DNA of 64,000 nucleotides. Source: the human T2T-CHM13v2.0 reference genome, Homo sapiens. The notes under the pieces were generated by a model. The model saw nothing but the letters and a program-made list of their open reading frames with translations, ran no database searches and was not told where the DNA came from. Numbering within the stretch: position 1 is the stretch's first letter; every line of letters starts with the position of its first letter. Position numbers and translations under genes: made by a program. Location: assembly GCF_009914755.1 (NCBI RefSeq), contig NC_060942.1. One strand, given 5' to 3'. Shown here in pieces: positions 1-12,906 of the stretch.

Positions 1-214
1 ACAGCTGTCAATTAGTGCAGTGCAAACTCAAACTAAATTCCAAATCTAAACTCTAGGAACTGAAATACTGTTTCACGTCACCTGTCTAATCTCATTAAAT
101 CTCAAATCCCACAATTAGGCATTTATCTCTTTGTCCTTCTCAAGTTTTAAAATTTGACTTAACCTAACATGTAATTTAAGATTTGAATACAAAGTCACAA
201 TTAGCCTGTCCAAT

Positions 215-676
215 GGTTGTATCGATTCAGGTGTCTACAAGAAAAGTAATTAAATACCCAACAGAGTAATGAGAAAAGTAAAAGGATGAATTACAAATGA
301 AATCAACAAGGAGAGGAGAAACACCCCACAACCAGCCTAGAAGCAAGAAGAGGGAAGAGTTACCTTTACCACTATTGCAAGGGAGAGCTATGGCTCCAGC
401 AATGGGAGAGCCACCTGATAGGAACTTTTATCCTCAAGAAAGAAGTGGAACCACTGACATCCCTGAGTCCAGGAAGCAAGAGGTCAATGGAACAAAGACA
501 CCATTCTCATTCTCATTCTCCTTTCCCCCACAACCTCCAGCTTGTTTTGCTCATTGGTTGAACCCAAACTAAAGACGGGGCAAACATCCTTTTGTTTTCA
601 TAATAGCCAGCAGCCCAGGAGATGAAGCAAAGCGAAGACAGGTGAGATGAAGGGACAAGGAGAATTTCCAGGACCA
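215..676 (-). mobile_element. Degenerate ancient ERVL-type LTR (LTR33-like)
   Basis: ctcattggttgaacccaaactaaagacggggcaaac...gggacaaggagaatttccaggac resembles the reverse complement of the LTR33-family start as I recall it. Heavily diverged. Confidence 0.35.
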
Positions 677-3600
677 TGACATTTTTTGTGTTTCCAGTCT
701 TTCTGCCATAACACAGATGCCTGAATATACATTGGCAATAGCAAGACAGAAATGTTTCTCTCCTGTGTAAGTCTCCAAAGGTGGATAGTCCAGCAGGGGT
801 AAGTTTCCTCTGTTCCTCTAAACATAAATCTCCTCCTCTGCATCCAGAGATCCTGCCAACAGTCTTTAACCTAGGCAAAAGAAATGAGAAAAACCCGCAC
901 CCTGCTTTGAAGAGCTTGTTGTGAAAGGGGCACCTGTCACTTCTCACATGCCGCTGTCCCAAAAAAGGTCATCCATTGCACAAAGGGCCCAGCTAAGGCT
1001 TGGTGATTTTCATCATGAAAGCAGAGAGAACTGATGCTGATGTGAAACCATCAAAAGTGCTCCAGGGAGAAGAAAGAGCATGCATGAAAGCACTAAGACG
1101 TAAAGAAGCTTGCTTGGAAACATTTATGCCTGAAGAGAATGATGATTACCAGCATTTGTAAATATGCACACATATAAACTTTTCCTGAAGTTTACACATT
1201 ATGCCATATATTGTGCACAATATTTCTCTTAAAGTGCCTTGTCTTGGACAGTCAACTTGCTACATGGGCCAATAAAATGTGTATGCTAAACATACAGATT
1301 GAGTTTATTGCTGCAATAAAATAAAACTCATGGCAAATTTAGTAGGATATATTTCTAATGACATGCATAATTGTCTTTTTGCTACATGCTAATTATGTAG
1401 ATATAAATGAAATGCCATTTCCAAATAATACTAACTATAGTCACTTAAGTGGAACACCAAATCATGTATTTAATTCTCTGAGGTTTCTAATAGATGTTTT
1501 CACTAGGAGTGTTTAATTCTCCTGTGCATCCTTGTGAGGCAAAGTGAACAAACACCATTACCTGACGTTACCATCTTCTGGGGCAGTTGGATTTAACACT
1601 TTACTCTGAGATTCTCTATGTTCATTTTCTATTAGTGACTGTCTCCTCTACATATCATATCTCTAAGTTATTATGACATTGCCCTGCCCTTTTATAAGGG
1701 CCAAGAGTGAAGTTATGGTAAAGCAACGATGCACATTTAGAAAGAGGCAATACATTGTGAGGAGGTCAGTTCTCACTTCCTGCTTTTACATTTCACCCCT
1801 CCTTTGACTCTAAGTTCTAACAGTTCAAATTCAGTTATCGTTCTCAGGCCTATCCTAAGGAACATAATAAATACAGAATATTTTTTTCAAATCTATCTGC
1901 ACTAATTGTGCTGGGTATTATATGTCAAATGATAGACCAAGTAATTCCCTACTCAGATATAAAATTTATAATATGCAATTTTTATAAAAATTAATAAATG
2001 TTGAAATAGAAGGGAAATGTACCATGTAATTCACAAAATCTGAAACCTTTTTGAAAGAGGAGGGCATTAGGAAACAATCACTGAAGATTGGAGGGTGAGA
2101 GTTTTTTTTTTTTTTTTTTTGCAGTGGGGGAGTAAAAGGAACAAGAAGACACTTAAATTAAAACATCTCATATTTTATAATTAATTTTAAACTGTTGCCA
2201 TTTGTCCTGATATGGACATGGATGCCTACTTGTGTATAAAATAATCTTTTTTTATTGTTTTATATTTCTTGGCCACATAGAATTTTAAATGCTGGACATC
2301 AAATATTCTTTATGAGTACAAAATAATCTTTAAAATTTGGATTGCATCATACCAAGGTGATTTCACCAGCAAGCAATAAGTGGCAGGCATTGTGCATTTA
2401 CATTCTTTACCGCATATCCCTTGTATGTAGCCATATAATTACCTCATGACTACAATTGCTATATTTCAGTTTCCTAGGTAATCATAACTTGTCACTCTAT
2501 TTTAGTGTTTATATGAGTATATTAGGTACATATGGATGACACTGAGCTATGTAGCTTTTGCATCTACCATCCTGTGTTTGCATCTACCATCTTGGAATAA
2601 TTTTGTGTTTTCCAGAGTTAATGATTGTATCATCTTTCTTTTTATTTCCTGTGTTCCTTTCAATATTACAACCTCCAAAACATCTAACAAAGTTATAGGA
2701 ATCTATTTAATATGTTTGAACAAATCACCTTCTGTTAAAAATAATCACTTTTTCCTCATGTTTCACAAAGTGCTTTTTGCACCATTGTCTTCCTAGAAAT
2801 TCCTTTTGCTATAAACCTAGGGATACTCATCACAGGTGGTATAGGTTCTGTGCTGAGTCCTAGTCCTGAGTCCTAAGTATTTATTTTTATTAGATAACAA
2901 TCATTTTAATAAGAACATTCTCTTATATCAGGATGAAAAAGCCACATGAGAATAAATTATTTTTGACTTTACATTTAAAGCTGGCTTTAGTCTACCCTGC
3001 CTCCAACACACGAAAATATACTTCATTTGATAAATTAGCTGGATACTTTAAAGTGCTAAAGATAAAATGTCTTTGTGTCCAACTGCCTCTTGGCTTCCAA
3101 AACATATGTAAAGATGTTTTATTTGCTGTACTTAAATGAATGCATAATTATGAAAACTAAAAGACCTAAATAATTTATACGTATTATAAGTATTTAAGTT
3201 GTGCAAAAAATGTAAGTTGATTAAGCATGGTGGAAGTCTCTTGGGAGTCTCAATTATGCGTCTCAATTTTGAAGAAAATATTATTGTGTAACATATTGAC
3301 TGAAAACTATGTATCTATATCAAATATATTCCCAATATTCAATATTTAATATGCAACTTCTAGGACAAAAGTTCCTTATGACTTTAACACTTCAACAGGT
3401 AGTATACACATATTTAGTTAATTGGAAATAAACTGTACTCAGCATTTGAAGAATATATGTACCATGAAATTTAAAAAATATTTTGAAAAATAAAAACAAA
3501 TTTCAAAATTTGGTACTAAACTTTCCCAAACTTCACTAAAACTTGAAACTTGCTGAAACTGACTAATCTTCTAATTATGTTAAGATAATCAGATTTCTTA

Positions 3601-4076
3601 AGTCCCACAGAAGTTAAATTTATGCTAGTATATCCTATGAATGCAAATGGAAAAATGACACTTGCAATGCAGTGATTTGTAATATGATAGATAGAGTAAC
3701 TTTTCATAGTTAGTGTTTGAGGTTCTCATCTTTAAGCAGCCTTTTCTCCTTTTTCCTGATAGAAGTCAATATTGCCTTCTTGGTGTTTCTATACTACTTT
3801 TTAGCATATTTCATACAATTTGTTTATTAATCTACACACATATCTAGAGAGAAAGAATATATTGTATTGCTGGACGAGAGACAGTATGGTGTCCAGCACA
3901 ATATCCAGGCCATAATAGTTACTTAGGAAAATTTAGTTGACAGACTATGCCCATTAAGTTCCATGCTTCCAGAATACAAGCAACAGAATTAAGCTCATTG
4001 CAATTTCATTGTTAGTTGTTAGGAGAATTTGTCTTATATCTCACGCTTAGATGCATGTGTCACTAGTATTTCTGTG

Positions 4077-4485
4077 TGTTTTCATAGACACTATCTAGTC
4101 TTTCAGGAACTACAATTTAAAAAACATATGGTCATAAGTGGTAAATTATAAAACATAGTAACCTCAAATGTAAATATTTGATCTCATAGGGTTATAAAAG
4201 ACCATTTCTCTGATAAGAGGGCAGTTTCTCTAGGACTGATATATTTCATGCACATATTGGCGGCTCACAAACAAAGATGAAGCCCATTCTTTGTAAGTAA
4301 GAGAGATTACTGGGAACTTTGTTTGGATTTCTCCAACTGCTCTGTGCTTTCTTTTTTTCTGTTATATTTGTATCTTTCGCTTTCATTAGAGTGTATGTGA
4401 ATATACAGAAATAATTGTTGCAGTGAAAGTGGTAGAACTTTTGCAACAACTCCAGATTTAATTTGAATATGACTAATCCTTTGTT
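4077..4485 (+). mobile_element. Candidate 5' LTR of the ERVL provirus
   Basis: The start tgttttcatagacactatctagtctttcagga is similar to tgtttacctatgaaaatctcctagtttttgaatcaga, which follows the PPT at 9493. It is followed by tggcagaagt, a degenerate tRNA-Leu PBS (tggtgtcagaagt). Confidence 0.35.
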
Positions 4486-5296
4486 TGGCAGAAGTAAAGA
4501 GAAGAACAGGGAGAATGAATTCTCTCTAATGCCAGGTTGCCTCTTGAGCCGCCCTGATTTGAGGTTGCCCAAACACTATGATCAATTAAGGAAAATTGGA
4601 TGTAGATATAATAAATCCAGTAGCAGGGGAGATAGCAAAATTGGAAAGAACAAGATCCAAGTGAAGGGAAAATCACAAACAATTTGGTTCCTTGGCTGAA
4701 AAAAAAAAAGTAAAGAAGAAAAAAACTGTATTACTGAAAGTCAAAATATAACCAAACATATTCAAAACTCTAGAATCTGTCTACTTGAAGTTAATTATGA
4801 AACAAGTTAGGAATTAAAATGTTGTCCTGATGAAATATTGTAAAAGTATCACAACTGATTCCACTTCTCATTACTCAAAGCATTCTAAAGATATGGATTC
4901 TGAACAGGTAACTCTTGAGATTACAGGTTATTTTGTCAAGGAATTGACTCGTATTGTGGACAGATACACACAGTTCCCAGAGTACTTTTATTGCAAATAA
5001 TTTTACATTTTATTAACAAGGGTAAATTTCACTGGCTCTGCTCATGACTGAAAGAAGAGAGGTGTTTAAGTTAACACAAGATTCTCGGTAGGCAACTACA
5101 TTCACCACTGTGTGTGTGAGAGATGACACGCTTTATGCTATCACTAATTTACTAATCTATATTAAAGGAGGAGTTAGATCAAAATATTGGGAGAAGGACA
5201 ACTGCTTTGGTCTTGCTGAATAGAAATTGTAGTAGCCCCACTGAGGCTGTAAATATTCTGATAACACAAGTATAGCCTACTTTGGATTGGTTATGT

Positions 5297-5365
5297 CAGG
5301 GATTCTCAACTGGGGCTGACTTTGCTCCTCAAAGGATAAACAGCAATGTCTGAAAAGTGATTTAA
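5297..5365 (+). mobile_element. MER20 (hAT-Charlie) 5' fragment inserted in the ERVL
   Basis: cagggattctcaactggggctgactttgctcctcaaaggataaacagcaatgtctg resembles the MER20 start cagtggttctcaaccgggggcgattttgccccccaggggacatttggcaatgtctgg. Confidence 0.55.
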
Positions 5366-6813
5366 ACACTTTCTAAGTTGTTACAAAAACCTTTCAAATT
5401 AAAAATTAGGAAACCTATCAACAAGATTAAACCCAGTGGTAATTGTTAGAAGGTTGCTAAAAATGGAATGTAATAGGAGAACATGAATGATGTGGCTGCT
5501 GAGGTGTTGATAGTCACCATCAGAAAATAGGTGCCTCCAAAGTAAATCTCCTCTATCAACTCCTTGGACATTACAAGACCCTCAGTTGGTCTGTCATATA
5601 AACACAACCTTGATGAATTTAACAAATCTAGGAAAAAGAAAACTGAATATGTGGATTGTCACAGGTAAAACCAGTGAAATTGGTACAGCGTGAAAGAAGG
5701 CTACAATTCTGAATGAAAAGGAGGTCAAAGTCTCCTGGTAAAGCCCCTAGGTGTGAACATACAGCCATCAACATGGATGTGGAAAAATGGCATGCCTGTG
5801 TAAGGAACCCTTATTGGCATCACCGAAAACCAGAGCACGGTGTACAGACCCTAAACTCATGATAGAAATTTAAATGGCAATGTGATGATTTTTGAGGATG
5901 ATGATGTGGTGATACCTCTCCCTGAATTCTTCAATAGAAAGCATACATGATATAGAATTGGGAGCCTCTTCCTTTACACAAGGCTCTGGGAAAATCATCT
6001 TGCATGTCTGCTCTTTGTGTGCTTTTAATTGGACACTTTTGAAGGGAACCTTTAGAATTACCTATGTCCACTCAATTAGATAATTGAAAACAATGTAAGT
6101 TAGCTGAGGTGGATAGAGGTATCAAAGGTTTTCTGCTCTTACTCAAGATGTGGTAGATTACTTGTCAGTCCAGTATAACCTGCAAGAAAAGCTGTCAGAT
6201 CTTGGAGGTTAACTATAGACTGGATGAGTAAACAAAGTGATGTCTCCAAAGGTGTCAGCTTTACTAGAAGTAGAGCTAACAAGTCAAGCTATGCCACAAG
6301 TTGAAGTGTATTAGTATTCTGTTGAGATCAATTTGGCTAATTCTGTCTTTTGATTCCTACTTCATAAGAAAGTCAAAGTAAATTTGTATTCATGTGGTCG
6401 CCTACAATACATTTTTACTCTGCTGCCACAAAGATACTTATAAATTGGTTAAATAAAAGCATTAGGATAATTTCCATGATATAATGTTGATATCCATATG
6501 TGAAGGTCAAGCTAAGAATTAATTTCAACTGAGAATTAATCATATGACCCTCTGGGGATGGCTGCTCAACAATAGTACAATACAAGGTGTGACACAGATG
6601 GAAAAAGTCTTAAGAATAGCTTGGACATGAGCTCATTACCAACCATTTCTCAAACAATCAAAAATAAATTATTTATTCTAGCACCAAAGTATGTAAAAGA
6701 GGCACAGACACTAAATTGGTTCTTTTATTTTTGAAGAATGATAACTGAACTAGAGTTTTTACTACCCTCATTCACAAAGTTACATGAAAGAAAGTTGAAC
6801 TTGAAAAGGTCTC

Positions 6814-7258
6814 TGTTGTGGGTTGAATTGTGTTTCCCCCTAAAAAAATGTATTGATATACTAATCACCAATACCTCTGAATGTGACTTGATTTGGAAAA
6901 AGAGTCATTGTAAATGCCATTAGTTAACATGAGGTCTTATGGAGGTATTCTGGGCCCCTAATCCAATAGGACAAATGTCCTTATAAGAAGATAGCCATGT
7001 GCAGAAAGAGACAGAGGGAGAACACCATGTGCCAATAAGGGTGGAGACTGGAGTTAGGAAACTGCAAGTTGGGAACACCAGTGACTGCCAGCAAGCCATT
7101 GGACTCTAGGTGGATGAAAGGAGGTTGCAGAGGGAGCATGGCCCTGTAGAAGCCTTTGCCTCAGGCCTCTATCCTCCATCACTGAGACAATAATTTATGT
7201 GGTTTTAAGCCATCCAGTTTGTGCAATTTTGCTTTCACACACCTAGGAAACTAATTGA
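6814..7258 (+). mobile_element. MLT1C-like MaLR solo LTR inserted in ERVL pol
   Basis: Starts tgttgtgggttgaattgtgt, contains gaatgtgacttgatttggaaa and ggagactggagttag, and ends cctaggaaactaat. The pol sequence resumes on the right. Confidence 0.85.
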
Positions 7259-9819
7259 GGTTCTAAACAACACATTATATTGCAATTCGATTGCTCAGTT
7301 GACCTCTCTGGGTCTTCACTGTTAGATTGTGCAGACAGTATTATTAGAAATGTTAGCGACCCCCACTGAGTTAATCAACATGTGTAGCAAAAGTCCTTTC
7401 TACTACATTGCCATAGCTACGAGATTTTGGACTAGGAAGTTACCTGGAATTGTTAACAAATATACACACTTTGGAAATAATAATTGTCCTATGATTGGGA
7501 ACTCATTCAAACTATCTTTAATACTGAAAGGCATAATCCTATTTTGATTCTTAAAATGCTCATGGTGACACAAGTAACATATCTAAGCAACATTCTAACA
7601 GGGAGGAAAATATACAAAGAAGCTTCCTCATGAAATGTAGGTGGTATATTTAGATGGGGAACCATAATAGATAGCCAGCACATAAATGAGCAGGTGGTAG
7701 TCAGTCTTCTGGGCAATACTTTAGAAGCTCCTGAGAAGCTACCTAATCCCACAGCTAAATGAGCACTGTCTTTTGGTAAATTGTTAGGTGATGCATAAAA
7801 GGCGTTAGAGTTTACTTGTGGTGGTTTTCAGGTTGCTGGGAAATATTTGATCTAGAAGGATGTTGCATTATGTCAAGATGATGGTCACATTCTGAAAAAT
7901 GATATATACATATATATTATATACAGACACACATATTTTTTATATATATATATCCTCAATGATCAGAATTAATAGTGATATTATTTGGAATATCAGGAGA
8001 AAATAATAATAAAATTGGTAGTCATAGCAACATTTCTATAGTATTGAATTATACCAATTATTAGGTAGTAGCTATTGGACTGAAAATATAGTCTAGAAAA
8101 TAGGTCTTGAATGATTAAATAATAAAGTGCACTTTTATGGAGGATGCTATTGAATGCAAACTGTTATATACATGGAAAGAGATAGAATTAAGTGAAGCCA
8201 TATTAATACCCATCAAAAATCTCTCCTTCTGAATGCGAAAGGGTATAGCAGAAACAAATAATGTTCTCATCTGCCCTTTGATATTAGCATTCTGGGTACC
8301 CGAAATGACCATTCATGATATTCAAGCAATGTACATGGACAGAAAAAGGTCATTTTCTACTATGTCTCTCAAAAGCAAGAAAATTGATTAACAATTGTCA
8401 TCCTTCTCAACAGATACATCAGCAACTAAGGTATAATAAGCCATAATATGCAGATGTGGACCAGTCCATAGTGAGCAAATGGACTGCATTGCTTCTGTTA
8501 TTCACAGATCTCTGTGGATACCTATGGATCTTAACTGGAATATAGATTCATTCTATGTTTAGATTTGCATGCCCAGCAACAAAAGCAAATGTCTCTAAAT
8601 AACTACAGGATTAAAACAGAAAATGTTATTTTAATTTGGAATCCTCGCTCAAGTAATATAAGAAAAAGGACCCCTTTTCACTGGAGATGCAGGGAAACAA
8701 TGGGCTGAAAGGCATCACGTATGATGGATTTATCATTGAACCTTACCATACACAAACTTGTGAATTGTGTCAACACTGGAAAGAGTATCTAAGGCACCTC
8801 CTTAAACAACTCAGAAATAATAGGTGCCTAAGGGGATAACCTATGACTATATGAATGTGTGTTGAAACTTAATATGCATAGAAATAGAGGGGTATCATTG
8901 TGTATCTACTGTTGCAATATCATGGGAAACATAGGGAAGAGAGCATAGAGATTATGATAGAACTTACATAGTCCTCTTCTCTACTTCTGTAAATATTTTG
9001 TTTTCTCTGACTGATCCCATAGTAGTACTGGGACCTGGCTGCATTTACAAGTTTCAAAAAAGCGTTGACTTTACACTATGTCACAATGGCAATACCTTTA
9101 CAACTAACTGCCTAAATTTATAATAGAATTTTGGAGTGGTTGTTTTTACTTCTCAACTCTAAGTTGAAGAAACAGTCACAGCTTTTTTCTCACCCAGTGG
9201 AGGAGTTCATGCTATGAGCTTATGATGATCTAAATTTATTTCATATGACTGGGAAGGGAGAAAGAGTAAAGCATTGGAAAGAATCACATTGACAGCAGCT
9301 GTATGAATTAGGCCCCTTGACTGAACTACAGGCTTTGGGTAAAATGCAGTGATAAATGGAATAAATGACAAGCACTTGTGGAAAGGAAGGGGTGAGGCAA
9401 GAAAGAGTTGATGCAAAAAGGAAAAACAAAAATTACTTTGGTATCTTCTGAAAAGTCAAGAGATATAACCACATATGTCTAGAGGGTGAAACTGTTTACC
9501 TATGAAAATCTCCTAGTTTTTGAATCAGAAACAGAAGGCTCAGGGCAGCTTCCAGAGAAGTGAAGACATGTTCAGTATGAGTTTAACTATGGCATGCACT
9601 TTGTTGATGCTAATGATACCCTGTAGATGAAACTAGTAATAATTAGAATACACTTTCACAATTGGTTCTCTTGTTAGAGGTTACATTTATCACAGAGAAA
9701 CACTTCGCAGAAGTGTTGCCTTTAGAATGAATAGAAAACACTTTATTCAACTACACAAACACTACCAAATGTGTAACTATTAATTTGATGCTTGATGAGG
9801 GATGTGCCAGGTACAAAGA

Positions 9820-10159
9820 TGTAAGGCAAATGGCTGTGCTTTAGTCAGGAGTCAGCCCAGGCAGCATTCTGGTGCAGCATGACTCGGCAGGTTTGGAGTG
9901 CAGGTGTACAACCCTACACATTCTGTGACTGTGCAACGTGAGGTGCATTAGGTGATCACCCTTGTGAGCTCATGCTTGACTCAGAGCCACTATTTCCTGC
10001 AAAAGGTAATAATTACCCTGATAACGCTGTACATATGGCTTGCTCGTGCCTAGAGAGAGAGTAAAGCCATGCTGAAACTGTCTACGTTTACTCGAGTGTT
10101 TTTCCAGCTATCTGCCACTTGCCCACTGACTCCCCTCGGACCTCAGTTAGAACTTGAGA
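9820..10159 (+). mobile_element. LTR18-family solo LTR (ERVL)
   Basis: tgtaaggcaaatggctgtgc...gtgaggtgcattaggtgatcaccc...gagagagagtaaagccatg...actcccctcggacctcagttagaacttgaga matches LTR18 as recalled. About 340 bp. Confidence 0.8.
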
Positions 10160-10687
10160 AATGTATATAAAATTTCTTCTGTTTGCCTGATTTGTTTTAA
10201 GAACATATATTCTAATGCTTATAGACCTTTTTTTTGTGGATGGAAACCTATAATAATGATAAAGAAAATCTGGCAAATAAAATGTTAAAAACATAATATA
10301 CGCTGAGTACGTTTGTAGTAAACCCCCTAAAACAGTGAAATGAGACAGAGTCCTTAACATTTTTGGGTCAAAATATCTATCTAAATTGTAACTAAGCAAT
10401 AAATACTCAATGGCCACAACATGTTTAATTAACAACTCATCTCTGGACCAAATGATTTAAAAGCACTCTGGGTGAAATTGGCACAAGTGTAGAAGTCCTT
10501 GGGCATGTGAAATATTCCTAAAATGAGGAGAGAAATACTGTGGAAAAAGATATGTTGGCACATATTTGTAACCTAGGAGGAATGCTATATCAAGAAAATG
10601 AGAAACGGTGGCTTCTGTTGTAGTGCTGTGGCTTGGGTTTTGAATCTGGTCATATAGCCTGGTTTTAGCTACATGACCAGATGGGGT

Positions 10688-11275
10688 TGCTGTGGTTTGA
10701 ATGTGTTCCCTCAGAAATTCAGGTGTTCTCAATGTGATAATGTTAGAGGTGGGTCCTTTAAGAGGTGATTAGGCTGTGAAGAATTCTCCCTTCTGAATGG
10801 GATTAAAGTCTCAGCAAACTATCAAAGGAACAGAAAACCAAACACCACATGTTCTCACTGATAAGTGGGGGCTGAACAATGAGAACACATGGACACTTGG
10901 AGGGGAACAACACACACCAGGGCCTGTTAGGGGGTGGGGGGTAGGGGAGGGAACTTAGAGAGGGGTCAATAGCTGCAGCAAACCACCACGGCACACATAT
11001 ACCTATGTAACCAACCTGCATGTTCTCCATAGGTATCCCAGAACTTAAAGTAAAATAAAAAAATAAAACAAAGAAGCTTCACCCAGCATTTTCTCACTTG
11101 CCTTTCCATTTTCTCCTATGTGTGGACACAGCAAGAAGGCCCTCGCAAGAACAAATGCTGGTGCCTTGATCTTGGACTTCCAAGTCTCCATAACTGTGAG
11201 AAAATAAATTTCTGTGCTTTTAAAATTACCCAGTCTCAAATATTTTACTATAGCAGCACATAATGGACTAGGACA
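10688..11275 (+). mobile_element. MST-family (MSTC-like) MaLR LTR split by an L1PA insertion
   Basis: Starts tgctgtggtttgaatgtgttccc; ends atagcagcacataatggactaggaca; contains ccttgatcttggacttcc and aaataaatttctg. Confidence 0.8.
10810..11070 (+). mobile_element. L1PA 3' end (5'-truncated) with A-rich tail
   Basis: ctcagcaaacta...catgttctcactgataagtggg...G-rich tract...acctatgtaaccaacctgcatgttct...cccagaacttaaagtaaaataaaaaaataaaa. Confidence 0.9.
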
Positions 11276-11452
11276 TGGGCCTTTACAGACATAGACACAT
11301 TTTGCACATATCTTAGTGGTTTACACTTAAAAGATGAAATCCATCACACATGAGAGGATTTTGCTTAGATTTTGTGGATCTCTTTAATGTTTGCGTGTGT
11401 TTTCTAAATCCTATTGTATTGTATCCTCTGTCTTTATTAAAAACAGCAATGT

Positions 11453-11813
<361 letters not shown>

Positions 11814-12430
11814 TTAAACAAGCTAATTGGACCAGGTATTGACATGGGAGTGCACTGCTTGGACATAAGTGTTGCATTTGTTTAGTATGAGTAGACAGTG
11901 CCACATGCTTCTTGAAAGTGGTTGTACCAATGGACATGCTTTCCCAAACCACTCCACTGAAACTGTCCTTATCAAGAACATGCTGATAAATCCAGTGGCG
12001 GTTACTTCCTTAATAGTAGTGCTGCCTTCACTTGGTTTCCAGGACACCACACTCATCTGCTGTTTCTCCAGGGGATGCTCTTCTTCAGGCTCTTTTGCTA
12101 TAAAATCTTTATATTATTTACCTCTAAGCATGGGGATACCCCAGGACTCCTTCCTTGGGCCTCTTCTCTGTGTTACCCAGACTTACTCCGTTGTTATTCT
12201 AATCTATCCTCCCAGCTTAAAATCCTTGTTTTATTCCAATGGTACCCTACCTAAATATTAAACCAGGACTTCTCCTCTGATTCTAATCTCTTGTATTACC
12301 TATCTGTTCAACTTTTCTAATGAGATAGATAACTGTCATGTCAAACTAAATATTCTAAAATGAGTTCCTGATGTTCTCCTCTAAACATGTAACTCCCCAG
12401 AGGTTTCCATTCCAGTAATTGAAAAATGTA

Positions 12431-12745
12431 GGCCAGGCTCCATGTCTCATGCCTGTAATCCCAGCACTTTGGGAGGCTGAGGTGGACAGATCACCTGAAG
12501 TCAGGAGTTCCAGACCAGCCTGGTCGACATGGCAAAATCCCATCTCTACTAAAAATACAGAAAAATTAGCCAGGTGTGGTGGTGCGCACCTTTAAGCCCA
12601 GCTACTTAGGAGGCTGAGGGAGGAGAATCTCTTGAATTGGGGAGGCGGAGGTTGCAGTGAGCCAAGATCACACCACTGACCACTGCACTTCAGCCTTGGT
12701 GACAGAGTGAGACTCCATCTCAAAAAAAAAAAAGACAGAAAAAAA
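12431..12745 (+). mobile_element. AluS (Sx/Sz-like)
   Basis: ggccaggctcc...gatcacctgaagtcaggagttccagaccagcctgg, A-rich tail, degenerate TSD aaaaatgta/aaaaatcta. Confidence 0.95.
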
Positions 12746-12906
12746 AATAAAAATCTATTCTCCCATTTTTCTCATAGCAAAACCTTGAAGTCATTCTTTA
12801 TGCCTTTTTTTTTTTTTTTTACACCTAAATCAAACTTTCCATCAACACTTTAAGGTCTACTTTCACAAAGATATTTGTAACTTGTTAGCATCTCATAATC
12901 TCCTTA

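Larger units (their letters stand above)
4486..9492 (+). mobile_element. Decayed ERVL-class endogenous retrovirus internal region (gag-pol)
   Basis: RT: 6197-6220 RSWRLTID (cf GSWRMTVDY), 6327-6350 INLANSVF (IDLANAFF), 6405-6437 QYIFTLLPQRY (YTFTVLPQGY), about 6470-6492 FHDIMLI (YIDDIMLI). Connection/RNase H: RFWTRKLP..NKYTHF in ORF 7329-7547. Integrase: QMDCI about 8476, ILTGI about 8528, GPLFTGDAGKQWA about 8669-8710. PPT-like agagggtgaaac at 9481-9492. Many stops and frameshifts. Confidence 0.82.

Noticed and set aside
297-962. ORFs of 91 and 149 aa
   Set aside because: They overlap degenerate LTR-like sequence, with no protein homology or splice context.
10925-10966. G-quadruplex-like G-runs
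   Set aside because: This is the standard G-rich tract of the L1PA 3' UTR.
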